A stretch of 63,952 nt of DNA, the filler included, from Basidiobolus meristosporus CBS 931.73 (Eukaryota > Fungi > Basidiobolomycota), in assembly GCA_002104905.1 (NCBI GenBank). It is 3 parts of 3 records of this genome, joined end to end, with 100 filler letters (N's around TTAATTAATTAA, not from the genome) between each part and the next. Parts side by side here need not be neighbours in the genome. Positions count along the whole stretch, not along the records: positions 1 to 17,003 come from MCFE01001106.1; 2 more parts are not named here. The stretch is one strand, 5' to 3'. A model generated the notes under the pieces. The model did no database searches, was not told the DNA's origin, and was given only the letters and a program-made list of their open reading frames with translations. This document shows, piece after piece, positions 1 through 12,041 of the stretch. Both the position numbers and the translations under genes were made by a program. The first letter of the stretch is position 1. The number at the start of each line of letters is the position of its first letter.

Positions 1-56
1 GCCTCCGAAGAGACTGCGACCTGAACGCAGCGCTTAGACCACTCGGCCACCTCACC
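1..56 (-). tRNA. tRNA-Leu(CAG), 3' part cut off by the window edge
   Basis: Reverse complement reads GGTGAGGTGGCCGAGTGGTCTAAGCGCTGCGTTCAGGTCGCAGTCTCTTCGGAGGC: A-box TGGCCGAGTGG, anticodon stem CTGCG/CGCAG with loop TTCAGGT, long variable arm TCTC-TTCG-GAGG. One G is missing from the usual AAGGC of the D-stem. Confidence 0.85.
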
Positions 57-68
57 AGCTTGTACTTT

Positions 69-294
69 TGTTATGAAAGTCTGAATCCCAACCAGAACAG
101 GCAGCAAGTTGTTGCATATAGAGATGCGTCAACACCAAAAATCATCAAAGATGATCAAAGACTGATGGGCTAAAGTAAGACAAGTTGTATGTAAATGATC
201 AAGAAATGTATAAAAAGTAGATCCTAAGCTAAAATAAAGGTCAGACCTTGTTACACCAAACAGAAGGATGGGAACTGGCCTGGATTTCATAACA
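69..294 (+). repeat. 5' LTR of the Gypsy element
   Basis: TG...CA ends, 10-bp terminal inverted repeat, about 95% identical to 4490-4715 and 5153-5378. Confidence 0.95.
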
Positions 295-3200
295 TTTGGT
301 AGCAGCAAAACAACAAATAATCCTCCAAACTACAAGAAAATGAGTACTAGCAAGAGTACTATAGGAAGCAGCCCTGGTGAAGACATTAATGCATTGCTGC
401 AAGAGCAATTACAAGAATTGAAAGAAGAGAACCAGTGGCTAAAAGCACAGTATAGTGCACAGGAAGAGTTGCCTACTAAAGAAGATATTCTGAAGGCATA
501 TGGAAGTTTGGAATCCGGTCATGCAAAGTTAGCAAAGCCTGATACATTTGACAGGAAGTCATATGTGGATTCTTGGATTTTTCAGGTTGAAAAATACCTA
601 AAATTCACAAATGTTAGTAAGATGCAAATGGTTGATTATGCATCAAGTCTGGTCAGGGGACAGGTGCTATTGTGGTGGAGGTCTCACATGAAGAGGGTCC
701 ATGAAGGACTTGAAGTTGAAATTGAAAAGTGGAACCAGTTTAAGCAAGAATTGAAGGCAGAATTCAAGCTTGTGACAGCAACTAAACATGCTAGAGATAA
801 ACTGGCATAGCTAGTCCAGCAGGGAACAGTTAGCAGCTATACCAATGAATTCAAAAGTATCCTATTAGAAATTGATGGAATATTGGAAGATGAAATACTG
901 GATTAATATGTACATGGACTCCAAAAGTCCACTAGGAAAGAAGTGGAGCTTTGAGATCCAAGCTCATTCAAAGAGGACCACAGGATTGCAGAAAGATATG
1001 ACCAGATTATGTTTGATAATGTACACAGCACAAAAAAAGAAGCACATGAAGCTGACAAGAAGTCTACACCCAAGAAAAAAGATAAGGAGTATTGCATCAA
1101 ACATAACTTGTGCTTTAAATGCAATAAGAAAGGTCATAGATTTTTTGAGTGCCCCAACCGGAAGAAAAGTAAAGCTTCTGAACAGGATAATGAGGACACT
1201 GAAGAAACCTTGAATGAAATACAGGACCAACATATTATACACATGGTGGATCAATTTAACAAGCAAAAAGAGGAGCAGACATGACCAATTGTTCAATGGG
1301 TAGCCCAAGTAAACAACTGCCCTGTGAAGATTATCCTAGACAGTGGTGCAAGTGATAACTTCATATCCAAAAAGTTGGCAGTGCAGCTGAAGCTTATAAT
1401 GCAACCAACTAGAAAAAAGTATGTAAAGTTGGTGGCACAAAGCCCCATACAAATTGGGAGTGAAACAAACTTTCAATGGAGCATTCCAACATACAGCAAT
1501 GAAGTGGTTGCAAAGATAATTACCAATGCAAACTTTGATGTAATTTTAGGACAACCATGGCTGTACAAACAAAATCCTGTCATCAATTGGCAAATGCAAG
1601 AAGTGGCAGTATATGAGGAAGGGAGGTGGCAGGTAATCTGTAAACCAAACACAGAACTGCTAAAAGAAGAGGAGGTACTTGTAATTACAAAGTCACAACT
1701 TTCTAAAGCAGCAAGGAAAGTAGACAAAAGCAATGTTGGAATTATATACAGCATTCTAGATGAAGACACCAAACAAACCAACAACACACAGGATATCCAA
1801 AATATCTTGGATGAGTACCAAGATGTGTTCAAAGTACTCAAAGGCTTACCACCAAAAAGAAGCGTGGATCACAAGATTGATCTAGAAAACAGCTCACCAG
1901 TGTCAAAACAGCCTTACCGGATGAGTCCATTGGAGCTACAAGAATTAAAAAAACAATTAGCTGAATTGTTAGAGAAAGGTTATATAAGACCAAGTAAATC
2001 ACCATTTGGAGCACTGGTATTGTTTGTTAAGAAGAAGGATGGGTCACTTTGTTTGTGTGTGGACTATTGAGCCCTAAATTCAGCAACAATCAAAAACAAG
2101 TACCCACTCCCCCAAATTGACAAACTGTTTGACAACCTGAATGGTGCAAGGGTGTTTTCAAAGATAGATCTAAAAAGCGGCTACTACCAAATCTGAATTC
2201 AAGAAGCTGATATTGAGAAAACAGCATTCTGCACACGCTACAGTCATTACAAGTTTGTGGTAATGAGTTTTGGACTCACCAACGCACCGGCCACCTTTAT
2301 GATATTGATGAATGGCATTTTTCATCAATATCTAGATCAATTTATATTAGTATACCTAGATGATATATCAATATATAGCAAAACACTAGCAGAACATCAA
2401 GACCATCTGCAAATTGTCTTTGATATTTTACAAAGAGAAAAATTAGTAGCAAACAAGGAAAAATGTCAGTTCAATACAAAAGAAATTGAATATTTAGGAC
2501 ATGTGATTACCACAGAAAGCCTGAAAGTTGACAATAAGAAAGTAAAGATAATAGAAGAGTGGCCATACCCAAACTCAATAACCAAGCTACAATTGTTTCT
2601 AGGGTTAGCGTCATATTACCAAATGTTTATAGCAGGCTTTGCACAAATAGCAATGCCACTGACAGACTTACTAAAGCAAGAAAGGATGTGCACTTGGTCA
2701 AAAAAATGTGAAGTTGCATTCCAACAGTTGAAGGTTGCATTAGTAAACGCTCCAGTGTTGAAAAGCCTGGATTATTCAAAAACCTTATATTTAACAACCA
2801 ATGCTTCACTATGGGCCATAGGGGGAGTACTGTCACAATATCAGGACAAACAGGAGCATCCAATTGCGTTTGAAAGTAGAAAACTCTCAGCAGCAGAACA
2901 TAATTATCCAACACACAAAAAAGAGTTATTAGCAATAATTGTCTGTTTGAAAGTGTGGTGATGCTACCTAGAAGGAAAAAAGTGTATTATCCGGACAGAT
3001 CATGCAAGTCTAAGATTTGTTAATACACAAAAAACCTTATCAAGAAGAATGCTGTGTTGGACAGAATACTTGCAACAATTCAATTTTGAGATCACCTACA
3101 TAAAAGGTAGCTCAAATAAAGTAGCCAATGCACTCTCCAGAATGGAAGAGGAGACACAAGAACAGATAATAGAAAACACAATCCTCATGATAGATGCATT

Positions 3201-4489
3201 GGATTGGCCAACTCTAATACCTCAATACCTACAGGAGCAAACCTTCCCAGAAGAGATCCCTGCAGAAGTTAAAGAATTAGTAAGACAGGAAGCAGACAAG
3301 TTTTGCATAAGTGAAGAAGTTTTGTACAGAAAAATACAAGACCTAGAAATCCCGTTTTGCCCACATATATTGCGCGCAGATCTAATCTGCAAATATCATC
3401 AAGCATATGGCCATTTAGGAGTGCAAGGAGTCTTAAACTTACTGAAGCCTCAAGCCTGGTGGCCAAATATGACTCAAGATATTGCAAAAGTTATTTGGTT
3501 CTCCCCCAACTGTCAGTTAGCCATGCTGGGAAGAAAACAAGAGGCACAACTTCACCCATTACCACAAGTCCCAGCATGTAGTTGGTGGAGTTTAGACTTC
3601 ATTGGAAGGTTGCCAGAAACAAAAAGGGTAACAAATGGATACTAACTGCTATAGACCACACCACAAAGTGGCCAATTGCTAAAGCAATAAGAAGAGCTAC
3701 AGCAAAAGAGGTAGCTACGTTCCTATATGAAGAAATACTGTTACAGTTTGGTTGCCCAGAAGAAATACTTACCAACCAAGGGCAAAACTTTATTGAAGGT
3801 GTAATGGGAAGCTATGTTAGGATGCAAGGAATTAAACACTTAAAAACATTGGCATTTGACCCTAGAACTAATGGGGTGAATGAACGTTTTAATGGGTTGT
3901 TTTGTAGAATGCTAACAACCTATGTCCAAGGTGCATGCCACAAATGGGATGAATTCATGTAACAGGCACTTTTTGCGTGTTGAATACAATGCCATGTAGC
4001 TACAGGGTATTCACCCTTCTACTTAGTATATGGACAAGAGCCAAAAATCCCAGGTGACACAGTACGGCCAAACCTCTGGAATCTCAACAATGAAGACAAT
4101 AAAGCAGAATGGAGAATATGAGAATTGGAGGCGTTAGGCCACAAACAAGAGGAAGTGATAAAAAGACTTGAAAGTCAAGGTCAACAAATGAAATTGCAAT
4201 ACAATAAAAATGTAGTTGACCAAGAGCTGGAAGTTGGAACAAAGGTTCTAATACAAAAGGAGGACCACAAGAAGTTTCAACCGTACTGGATGGGCCCATT
4301 TGTTGTAAGTAGAATAATGCCATTCTCAATATATCAGCTTGTAGATATGAGTGGCCAAGTTCAGAAAACGTTAGTCCACCAAGACAGACTAAAAATAGCA
4401 TTGCAGGGCGGACCATTCCCCAAAAAGAAGGTTTGGTACCATAAAGATAAGGATTCTTCAGGAGAAGAATCAATTGAAGAAGGGGAAAA

Positions 4490-4715
4490 TGTTATGAAAG
4501 TCTGAGTCCCAACCAGAACAGGCAGCAAGTTGTCGCATATAGAGATGCATCAACACCAAAAATCATCAAAGATGATCAAAGACTGATGGGCTAAAGTAAG
4601 ACAAGTTGTATGCAAATGATTGAGAAATGTATAAAAAGTAGATCCTACGCTAAAATAAAGTACAGACCTTGCTACACCAAACAGAAGGACAGGAACTGGC
4701 CTGGATTTCATAACA
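4490..4715 (+). repeat. 3' LTR of the Gypsy element
   Basis: Direct repeat of 69-294, preceded by a polypurine tract. Confidence 0.95.
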
Positions 4716-4719
4716 CTTT

Positions 4720-5141
4720 TGTTACAGAGTAAAGAGTCACTCAATGTTAAGTGGCATCAATGCATACAAAGATGACTTAGTAGCCAGGGAAAAGCAAATC
4801 AAAGACAAATCACCAGACTCACAATAAGGTATAAATACCAAACAAGCAACTAAATAAAAGAAGAGTTTTTGGTTATAGGCAGATTTGATGGGGTAGTGTA
4901 AGAATATCTCTTTAAAAGGTTAGGGTGGTGACTTTGTAGAAATATATTCAAGCTAATATTTGTTCCTACTACGCTCTTCTGCCTATAACCAAAAACTCTT
5001 CTTTTATTTAGTTGCTTGTTTGGTATTTATACCTTATTGTGAGTCTGGTGATTTGTCTTTGATTTGCTTTTCCCTGGCTACTAAGTTGTCTTTGTATGCG
5101 TTGATGTCACTTAACATCAAGTGACTCTTTACTCTGTAACA
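4720..5141. mobile_element. 422-bp foldback/MITE-like element with 164-bp inverted arms
   Basis: 4720-4883 is the reverse complement of 4978-5141 (6 mismatches counted) around a 94-bp spacer; termini TGTTACAGAG...CTCTGTAACA; CTTT on both sides (4716-4719, 5142-5145). Confidence 0.8.
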
Positions 5142-5152
5142 CTTTGTTATGA

Positions 5153-5378
5153 TGTTATGAAAGTCTGAATCCCAACCAGAACAAGCAGCAAGTTGTCACA
5201 TATAGAGATGCGTCAACACCAAAAATCATCAAAGATGATCAAAGACTGATGGGCTAAAGTAAGACAAGTTGTATGCAAATGATCGAGAAATGTATAAAAA
5301 GTAGATCCTATGCTAAAATAAAGGACAGACCTTGTTACACCAAACAGAAGGACAGGAACTGGCCTGGATTTCATAACA
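5153..5378 (+). repeat. Solo LTR of the same Gypsy family
   Basis: Third 226-bp LTR copy with no PBS or internal sequence after it; preceded by an extra TGTTATGA. Confidence 0.9.
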
Positions 5379-8300
5379 ACTTGGACACTGCGAAAAAGTT
5401 TCCAATCAAATATTCTTGAAGTACTGCCCTCACTCGAAGCAAGCATCTTAAAGTATCTTTACCTATTGTTTTTGTTGTTCTCCATTAGTGTCTTTCCATA
5501 ATGAAGAAATGGCAATCGAATTTACGATCAATAAATACAAAATGCCGGATTTGGCAGACTAAATTCAACTGAAAATCAATGGATGTCTCAAAGACGAAGA
5601 ACACAGATCTTTTCCTAAGTAATGGTCAATAAATCAGTTGTAACCGGAGCAATTGTCTAGATGATACTGAGTAGTGAGTAATGGTCGTTCAAGACACTGT
5701 AGTCATCAATGCACAAATGTAAGAGATATGGCTTAGTAATGAATTCAACCCAAGAAAAGTGCTACTTTATACCGGATGAACTAGACTGTTTAAATCATTC
5801 CTGTGTTCTTCCCAAACGTGATTAATATTAAAGTTGTATATTGTGTGACCTACAAACCAAGAGGGTATAATAATGAATATAAAGGCCGAAGAGGAGTGTC
5901 TATTCAAGAAACACCTAATAACAAAATGCTTTTCAGAAATATCCTCTTAGCCGGTGCTTTAGTGCTCTTGGTGCAACTAATGGGGTTGACGTATTCTTTG
6001 ATGCCCTAGATCGCTTTTAGAAGACAGAAAAAGCTGGGAGAACTCAAACCTAGTCTGTGGAGTTACTAAGCAAAAAGGCGGCAAGGATATTTGCAGTTGT
6101 AACAAAGATTACTGCGGGAGAAGAGTAAGTTGACATGGAATTCCCCGTGCGGGAACAGTAACTTACAAGGAATTTAGTGGCATGGTGGAATAGGGATTAT
6201 CTCGTTTAGTACTGGACATGCCGCACAGAGTGGTGTTACATCAACAACATTCAAAGGTAGCATATAAGTATCATTCGGTAAGCTTGCACTCTTACTAACG
6301 CTTAAGTTATTTTTCAGTGGCTCCGAATATCAGACATGTACCAAGGACTCGGACTGTTGCGCCAAGAACTTCTAAGCATCACTATTCCCAACGTCGGCTT
6401 TCTCTTTTTTCGGTGTTTACTGCTAGCTTTGTAATATAAAGGACTGGCTAAGGAAGCATAGCGCTTGGTTGATATTAAATGCTAATTACTATTTCGTATA
6501 TGCACTGTCTCACTTACGAGAATCACTAGCTAGGCATAAGGTTTGGGATCATTTTTTAAGAAGTAGCACACGGCGAGGCACCCAGGTTAATTTGATCTAG
6601 CTTGCATAAAGCTAATTGAGTGGGATTGAGAAGGTGATATAAATCGGGAAAGTTCGCATGAGACCCCACCAGCCAGTCGTTCAGCTTCCTTCCTCTTGCT
6701 AGTTTCCGCCACCGCTTCACTGCAAGCAATTTCCGCTACCCCGCTCGGTGACTCCCAGGTAGCCTTCGCTAGTGAGCCATGTGTCGAACGACAAGGTGCT
6801 TGTTATCGGGACACTTCGGCCCCTAGTCAAGAATACCAGCCGTCAACTGAGGAGGGGGACGATTCAGAAATGAGTGAGCCAATGCAAAAAAGCGAGACTT
6901 CGGGTGAGCAGCCAGGATTCTCTGGGTTGCAGGGGTTCGATATTTTCAATCTTCAACCATCCCAAGCCTTGCTGGACAAAATCAATGGCCATTCCTCCAG
7001 TAAAGCCAATGCCTTGTCCAACTCCAACCAGTTGACCAAGCGCAAGTCATTGATCAAACCCTCTACAAATTATCATCACTCAGCCAGCAGCGCGTGCACT
7101 CAGAGGGGGGTACAAGAAGTATAAGAGATCTGCTCGGCGCCACTTCAAAGATACTAGGATTAGCACTAGTATGCTCCATGAAATAAAGACAAAATATAAG
7201 GTTTGGTCATGGTGAGTTCCACAAAATAATGGAAGAAAATTGAAAAAATATGAAACTATGGATATGTGTGAGAGGAATGCAGAATACTGATGGAGCCCAA
7301 ACAATCGTTAGGAGTGTGCCCGCAGGAACGTAACAGCATAGAGATAGTGTGAGTAATGACCTGATAAGTCAACGAAAGGTGAGATATGAAATATATTATA
7401 GCAATTTGTCCAGCCAAGCCTGTATACCAGCCCACAAATACGTTATTCACTCCACATGCGCTTTATTACCGTAGCAGTGATTCTAGGCCTTGCCACGAAT
7501 CAAGATGCCGTTGCTGCCCCAATCGTCTGCTCTTCTCCATGCATTCGCGAGTATAGAAGGGTTCATTATCGCAGTTAAACATGTGTACAGTATGCGAACG
7601 ATTACTACCAAAAGGTTCAAGTTTTCCCTGTCTTAACCCTAAGCCTGGACATTGCTAATGCCAGCAGCAATAAAGGCTTCAATGTCAAGTATCAAGCAGG
7701 ACCCAGTCTCGAACTGGAGGGTGGGGCCAACGCATTAGAATATGCCAAGCAAAATGGAGCGGAACACTTTGACGATAGTTCTTCCTCTTCCTATGTTCTG
7801 ATGCAGCCCACCCAAGATGTACAATACACAACCTCTGTAGCAGAGACAGAACAAAACATTCAATACACTCATTGTGCTGACAGATAAATCAACCAAAACT
7901 GAGAATATTGAGTAGGCAAAGCAAATCAACACTCTTTGTACAATCTCATGGACTATCAATCCACAGTAGACACAGTATACTAGTCTAAAAAGAATTGGCA
8001 TCAGACGATACCTCACAATCACAGACACCGAAGGAATAGGGACACTGGACATTCGGTTGGTAATAAGGATGGACTAGTGAATGGCTACATGGCCAGATAG
8101 CTTTCATCAGCGTTGTGTATCAACTACTGCATTTGGAGAACTGTTGGGCTACCACTTCGGGATATCAGTAAGCCCTTGTGAGCGCCATGTTCAATGTTTA
8201 TGTACTTACTGCATCGAACTGTAAATAGTTGTATCGATATTGGGAGTTAAATGGCCGCAAATGTGATTTTGGTTTAAGTCAACATAGAACTGTGTTATTT

Positions 8301-9156
8301 GTGAGAAGCAAAACGACTCATACTACGATTTCTCAAGCAAGGGCTTGAAGCGTGCACACAGGAATGGCACTGTTCTTACGTAGTTGGTTATTTCATAGTC
8401 AATTACTCTAGTCCGGAGTAGTATATATAATACAATATTTTTGTGTCTTCTAATATTGTGGGATTCGGCCACAAAACGAGGGAATTTTTTCACGATTTTT
8501 TTCCTATAAATAGGGTTCATCTGTAGTTCGGTATCATTATGGCTGTACTTTACAGGATTATGTATACAATACATTCCCAGTAACACTAAAGGAGGGTTTG
8601 CACATTCTGACAGCTTGTTGTTACCCAATTATCATTCGAAATCATATCGAAGTATCAATATCGCTACCATTCCGTACTCCGAGACAAAAAACGGGTAAAA
8701 TTTTGATTGCAAAATGACGTACTGTGTGCCGATTTAAATTTTAAGTGTCAGAAAACTGTAATTGTAATCAAACAACTTTGCACTTTTGAGCTGTATGGAA
8801 TATTTAAGTTGGTTCTAATGATCTTAGTTTGACTACCAACTTACTCTTTTCCTATTTTTATGCAAAGTTGGTGCTAGATGGTCTAGACAGTGTTGCTATT
8901 GTTGCAAACCATAGTATTTATACAATATACCAATAAAGCCAATAAGTAACAGCATATTGGTAGAAATATGTGATTGAACTACTAAGCCTCATCATAGCAA
9001 GTAATGTAGGTGAAGGAAATATATGATAATATTCATGTGCTAGTAAGCTTTTGCCATTCCAATTGTAAATAATACTAGAGCAGTGAATATCATAGAAAGT
9101 AATAATTTGGTAGCAGAGCTGAGGTAATTGTAGCAATGAGGATATCTTTGCCAATC

Positions 9157-10005
9157 TCACCAAAAAGTGCTATTTGGATTACCAAGATATTCTTCCCAAG
9201 TTTGATGTCCAACAATATAAGCATTCTTATCAATTGGGTCAACAGCATTATCAGTCATTGCTCTGAACATTGTGTCAGGATATTCTTCAGCTGTGGGTTC
9301 ATAGAGCTCAAGTTTTACTTTCCGACTTTGTGAATGAAGGTAGACAGCTACTGCTTCCTCCATGGAAAGGAACTGAGGGCCAACCATATCTGGTAAGAGG
9401 CCCTCGGCCTTATCATTCAAGACAAGGTCCACCATCTTGGCAGCAACCTCTTCAATGGCCAGAGGACGTATATCCACGCCTCTAGGAACTGAGACGGTGT
9501 TGATAGAAGGATCCTTTAAACCTAAGAGCTCATCCGCGATGAATTTAATAAAAGGATGCCATTGGGCCGTGCGAAGAATGGTGTAGGGCAGACCGGAAGC
9601 AATCAAGATATTCTCTACGTCCAACTTTGCCTTGAAATAAAAGTATTCTGGATTCTTGTCAACATCCACAATGGAAATGTAGATGATCCGAGGTAGGTTT
9701 TCGACCGACGAATGTTGCTTCTTGAGAGCATCTACAAGGGCAAGTGTACCGTCGATATCAATCTCCTTCAAACGAGCTCGACTGGAGGCGCAATGAACCA
9801 CAGCTCCTACGCCCTTTACAGCCTCCAATAGATTGGGATCATTGGCAACAAGGCTGCCTTGGATAGATTTCACCCCCTCTGAAGCGGGAGGTAGACTACT
9901 GTGGCCGAAAAGGACAAGCGGGACCTTTTGGGTCAGCAAGCTGGCGGTGATGAGTTTACCTAGGTTCCCGTTGGCACCAAGGATGAGAACTGGATCAGAT
10001 GGCAT
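9157..10005 (-). CDS. NAD(P)-binding atypical SDR / NmrA-like oxidoreductase, intronless
   Basis: 282 aa; Rossmann motif LILGANGNLGK, YISIVDVD, YFKAKLDVE (YxxxK-like), SGLPYTILRTAQWH. Confidence 0.85.
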   Translation of the reverse strand: MPSDPVLILGANGNLGKLITASLLTQKVPLVLFGHSSLPPASEGVKSIQGSLVANDPNLLEAVKGVGAVVHCASSRARLKEIDIDGTLALVDALKKQHSSVENLPRIIYISIVDVDKNPEYFYFKAKLDVENILIASGLPYTILRTAQWHPFIKFIADELLGLKDPSINTVSVPRGVDIRPLAIEEVAAKMVDLVLNDKAEGLLPDMVGPQFLSMEEAVAVYLHSQSRKVKLELYEPTAEEYPDTMFRAMTDNAVDPIDKNAYIVGHQTWEEYLGNPNSTFW

Positions 10006-10755
10006 GGTTGCAAATATGGATTGAATTCAATGGTTGCTTATTTTCAGACTTTTTGACTATATATCTGGTTTTATCGTAAGCCATTGCCATGGAAACTTTC
10101 CTCGTATGTATGACAAATCAAATGATTAATACTATTCATCGATGGACAAATAAGCAGCTTTGGTCAGGAGGATTATACCATGTTATTGCTGGGTTGATGC
10201 GAACCAGAACAACGAAGACCAGCAATTGTGAAGCATCCGGCATATCCCATCAGCATCAATTCTAACTCAAGGTACAAGGCATATCCCGTCAGCATCAAGT
10301 CCAACCCAAGGAGCAATTTGGCATGTGAAACCTCTGTTACCTATCAGCGTTTTACTAAAAAGCGCGAGAATAGACGAATATAAGGATATAAAGGTGTGGG
10401 AATCGATTGAAAACACACTGGAATGTACAACCACCATTGTCGTTGAAAAGCTACCCTTCACCAGTTGTGTGGATAAAGTAGAAATAAGTATATATATATC
10501 CAGAGACCCATTTTCATTCAGCGAATAATTCCATTTCAGTCCCAGAAGACGATTAATTGACTCTAGTCATGTTACACAAAGTGCCAATGTGAGATTCTGT
10601 TGAAAACTTAAATCACACAAGCTCATGTGAACATTCGAATAGATAAGATGCGTTTCAGAGTTTGGAAATCCGAAATCGAAGGACGTGGGAATCCACCGAA
10701 TAAATAGTGCCTCTGTTCAAAGTAGGATTTGCTTACTTTCGGTTCTCCACTCGCC

Positions 10756-11529
10756 ATGTCCGTAAACGAAGTAGAAAAACCTTTGCTCGAGAAAACAGAG
10801 CCTTCACCACCACCATATACAGAAACAGAAGAACCTGCCTCCAAAGAAAAGCCCAGCACCGACACTGACCAGCCTGAACCAGCAGAAACTGAAGAGGCGG
10901 AGGAGAAAAAAGTGGCGCCAGCTACGATTAACAAAGAAGAGTCTATTTTGTTCCAGATTGTATTGGAAGACAGCCAAGGAAAGAAAGTTCCGGTATATGA
11001 GTTGGCAGACAAAATTGTAGGCTTCTACTTCACCGCACAATGGGTTGGCGAGCCAGTGGAGATATTCGATCCAGTAAGGGCTTTGTCCGATACTTTTCAT
11101 GCTCAGGACTTCTTTAACAACCAGTCTTTTCTTCAATAGCAACTTGTCAAGTTCGCGGAGGAGCACAAAGACGAATTTACCGTGGTGGTAATCTCAGTGG
11201 ACAAAGACAAGGAGACTTTCAAAGCCTACATGAAGGACAAGCCATTCTTGGCCGTTCCTTACGATGAGCCCATTCGGGAGAGAATTCTCGAAGAGTGGGC
11301 CATCAAACTAATCCCCACATTAACGGTCTACCACCCGCTTCGCCATGAGATAGTGACCACCTGGGGACGTGGAGCCATTATGAAAAATGGTAAGAAATGT
11401 CTAGATGCATGGAAGGCAGGCGACTCTGGGTTATCATGGTCCCAGCTCGCAGGATTTGGGGATTGGCCAGTCATACAATATACATGTTGGGCATTGGTGT
11501 TCTTATGGATATACTACAAATTCTTTTAA
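10756..11529 (+). CDS. Nucleoredoxin/tryparedoxin-like thioredoxin-fold protein lacking CxxC, with hydrophobic C-terminus (2 exons)
   Basis: Exons 10756-11073 and 11140-11529 joined in frame across a GT-AG intron at 11074-11139; KIVGFYFTAQW, VVVISVDKDKETFKAYM, FLAVPYDE, IPTLTV, TTWGRGAI. Confidence 0.75.
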
Positions 11530-12041
11530 AAATTCATCCCATCCACTGTAACTAATTCTCCTCATAGCAATAAATCCAATCCCACATTTTATGCCCTGAA
11601 CGCATTTACCATTTAATCCTCGGCGGTGTCGAGGGTATTCTTTACAACGCATTTATTCACAATTTATTTAAAAGCACCTATGTACATGATGGTTCCGCGT
11701 AGGAACATGTCGATGATGCACTAGGCCGTATATAAATTGGAGATTGACTATTGTCAAGTCATGGGTTGGGTGCGGTTTGCTCTAAGATAGATCTTCGTAT
11801 CTTCTAATGGGGTGAAGCGCAATAACTCGTGACATATTACATTTATATTCCAACTTACAAACTGAACAAATCGACAATGGATGGGCGTGTGTTAATTCTG
11901 CCAGGGCTTGGCAAGGAACCCGACATAAGTTAATGATTTTAATTCCATAAATACATTGCTGTCGAATGGGTGGAGATGTGCTCGAGTTTACTTCCTTTAC
12001 TTGTTACAATAGATGAGTACAGTGAATGAATCATAAAACAC

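Larger units (their letters stand above)
69..4715 (+). mobile_element. Ty3/Gypsy LTR retrotransposon, full length but degenerate (in-frame stops)
   Basis: 226-bp LTRs at 69-294 and 4490-4715 (TGTTATGAAA...TTTCATAACA); PBS TGGTAGCAG at 297-305; PPT GAAGAAGGGGAAAA at 4476-4489; CTTT on both flanks; gag, CCHC knuckle (CFKCNKKGHRFFEC), protease ([10 protein letters not shown]), RT (YLDD), RNase H, integrase in Gypsy order. Confidence 0.95.

Noticed and set aside
6640-8200. 142-aa ORF at 6696 and stop-riddled continuation
   Set aside because: Looks like decayed coding DNA but no family motif was recognised.
10240-10305. Short duplicated GGCATATCCC.TCAGCATCAA
   Set aside because: Two copies of about 21 bp with no further structure.
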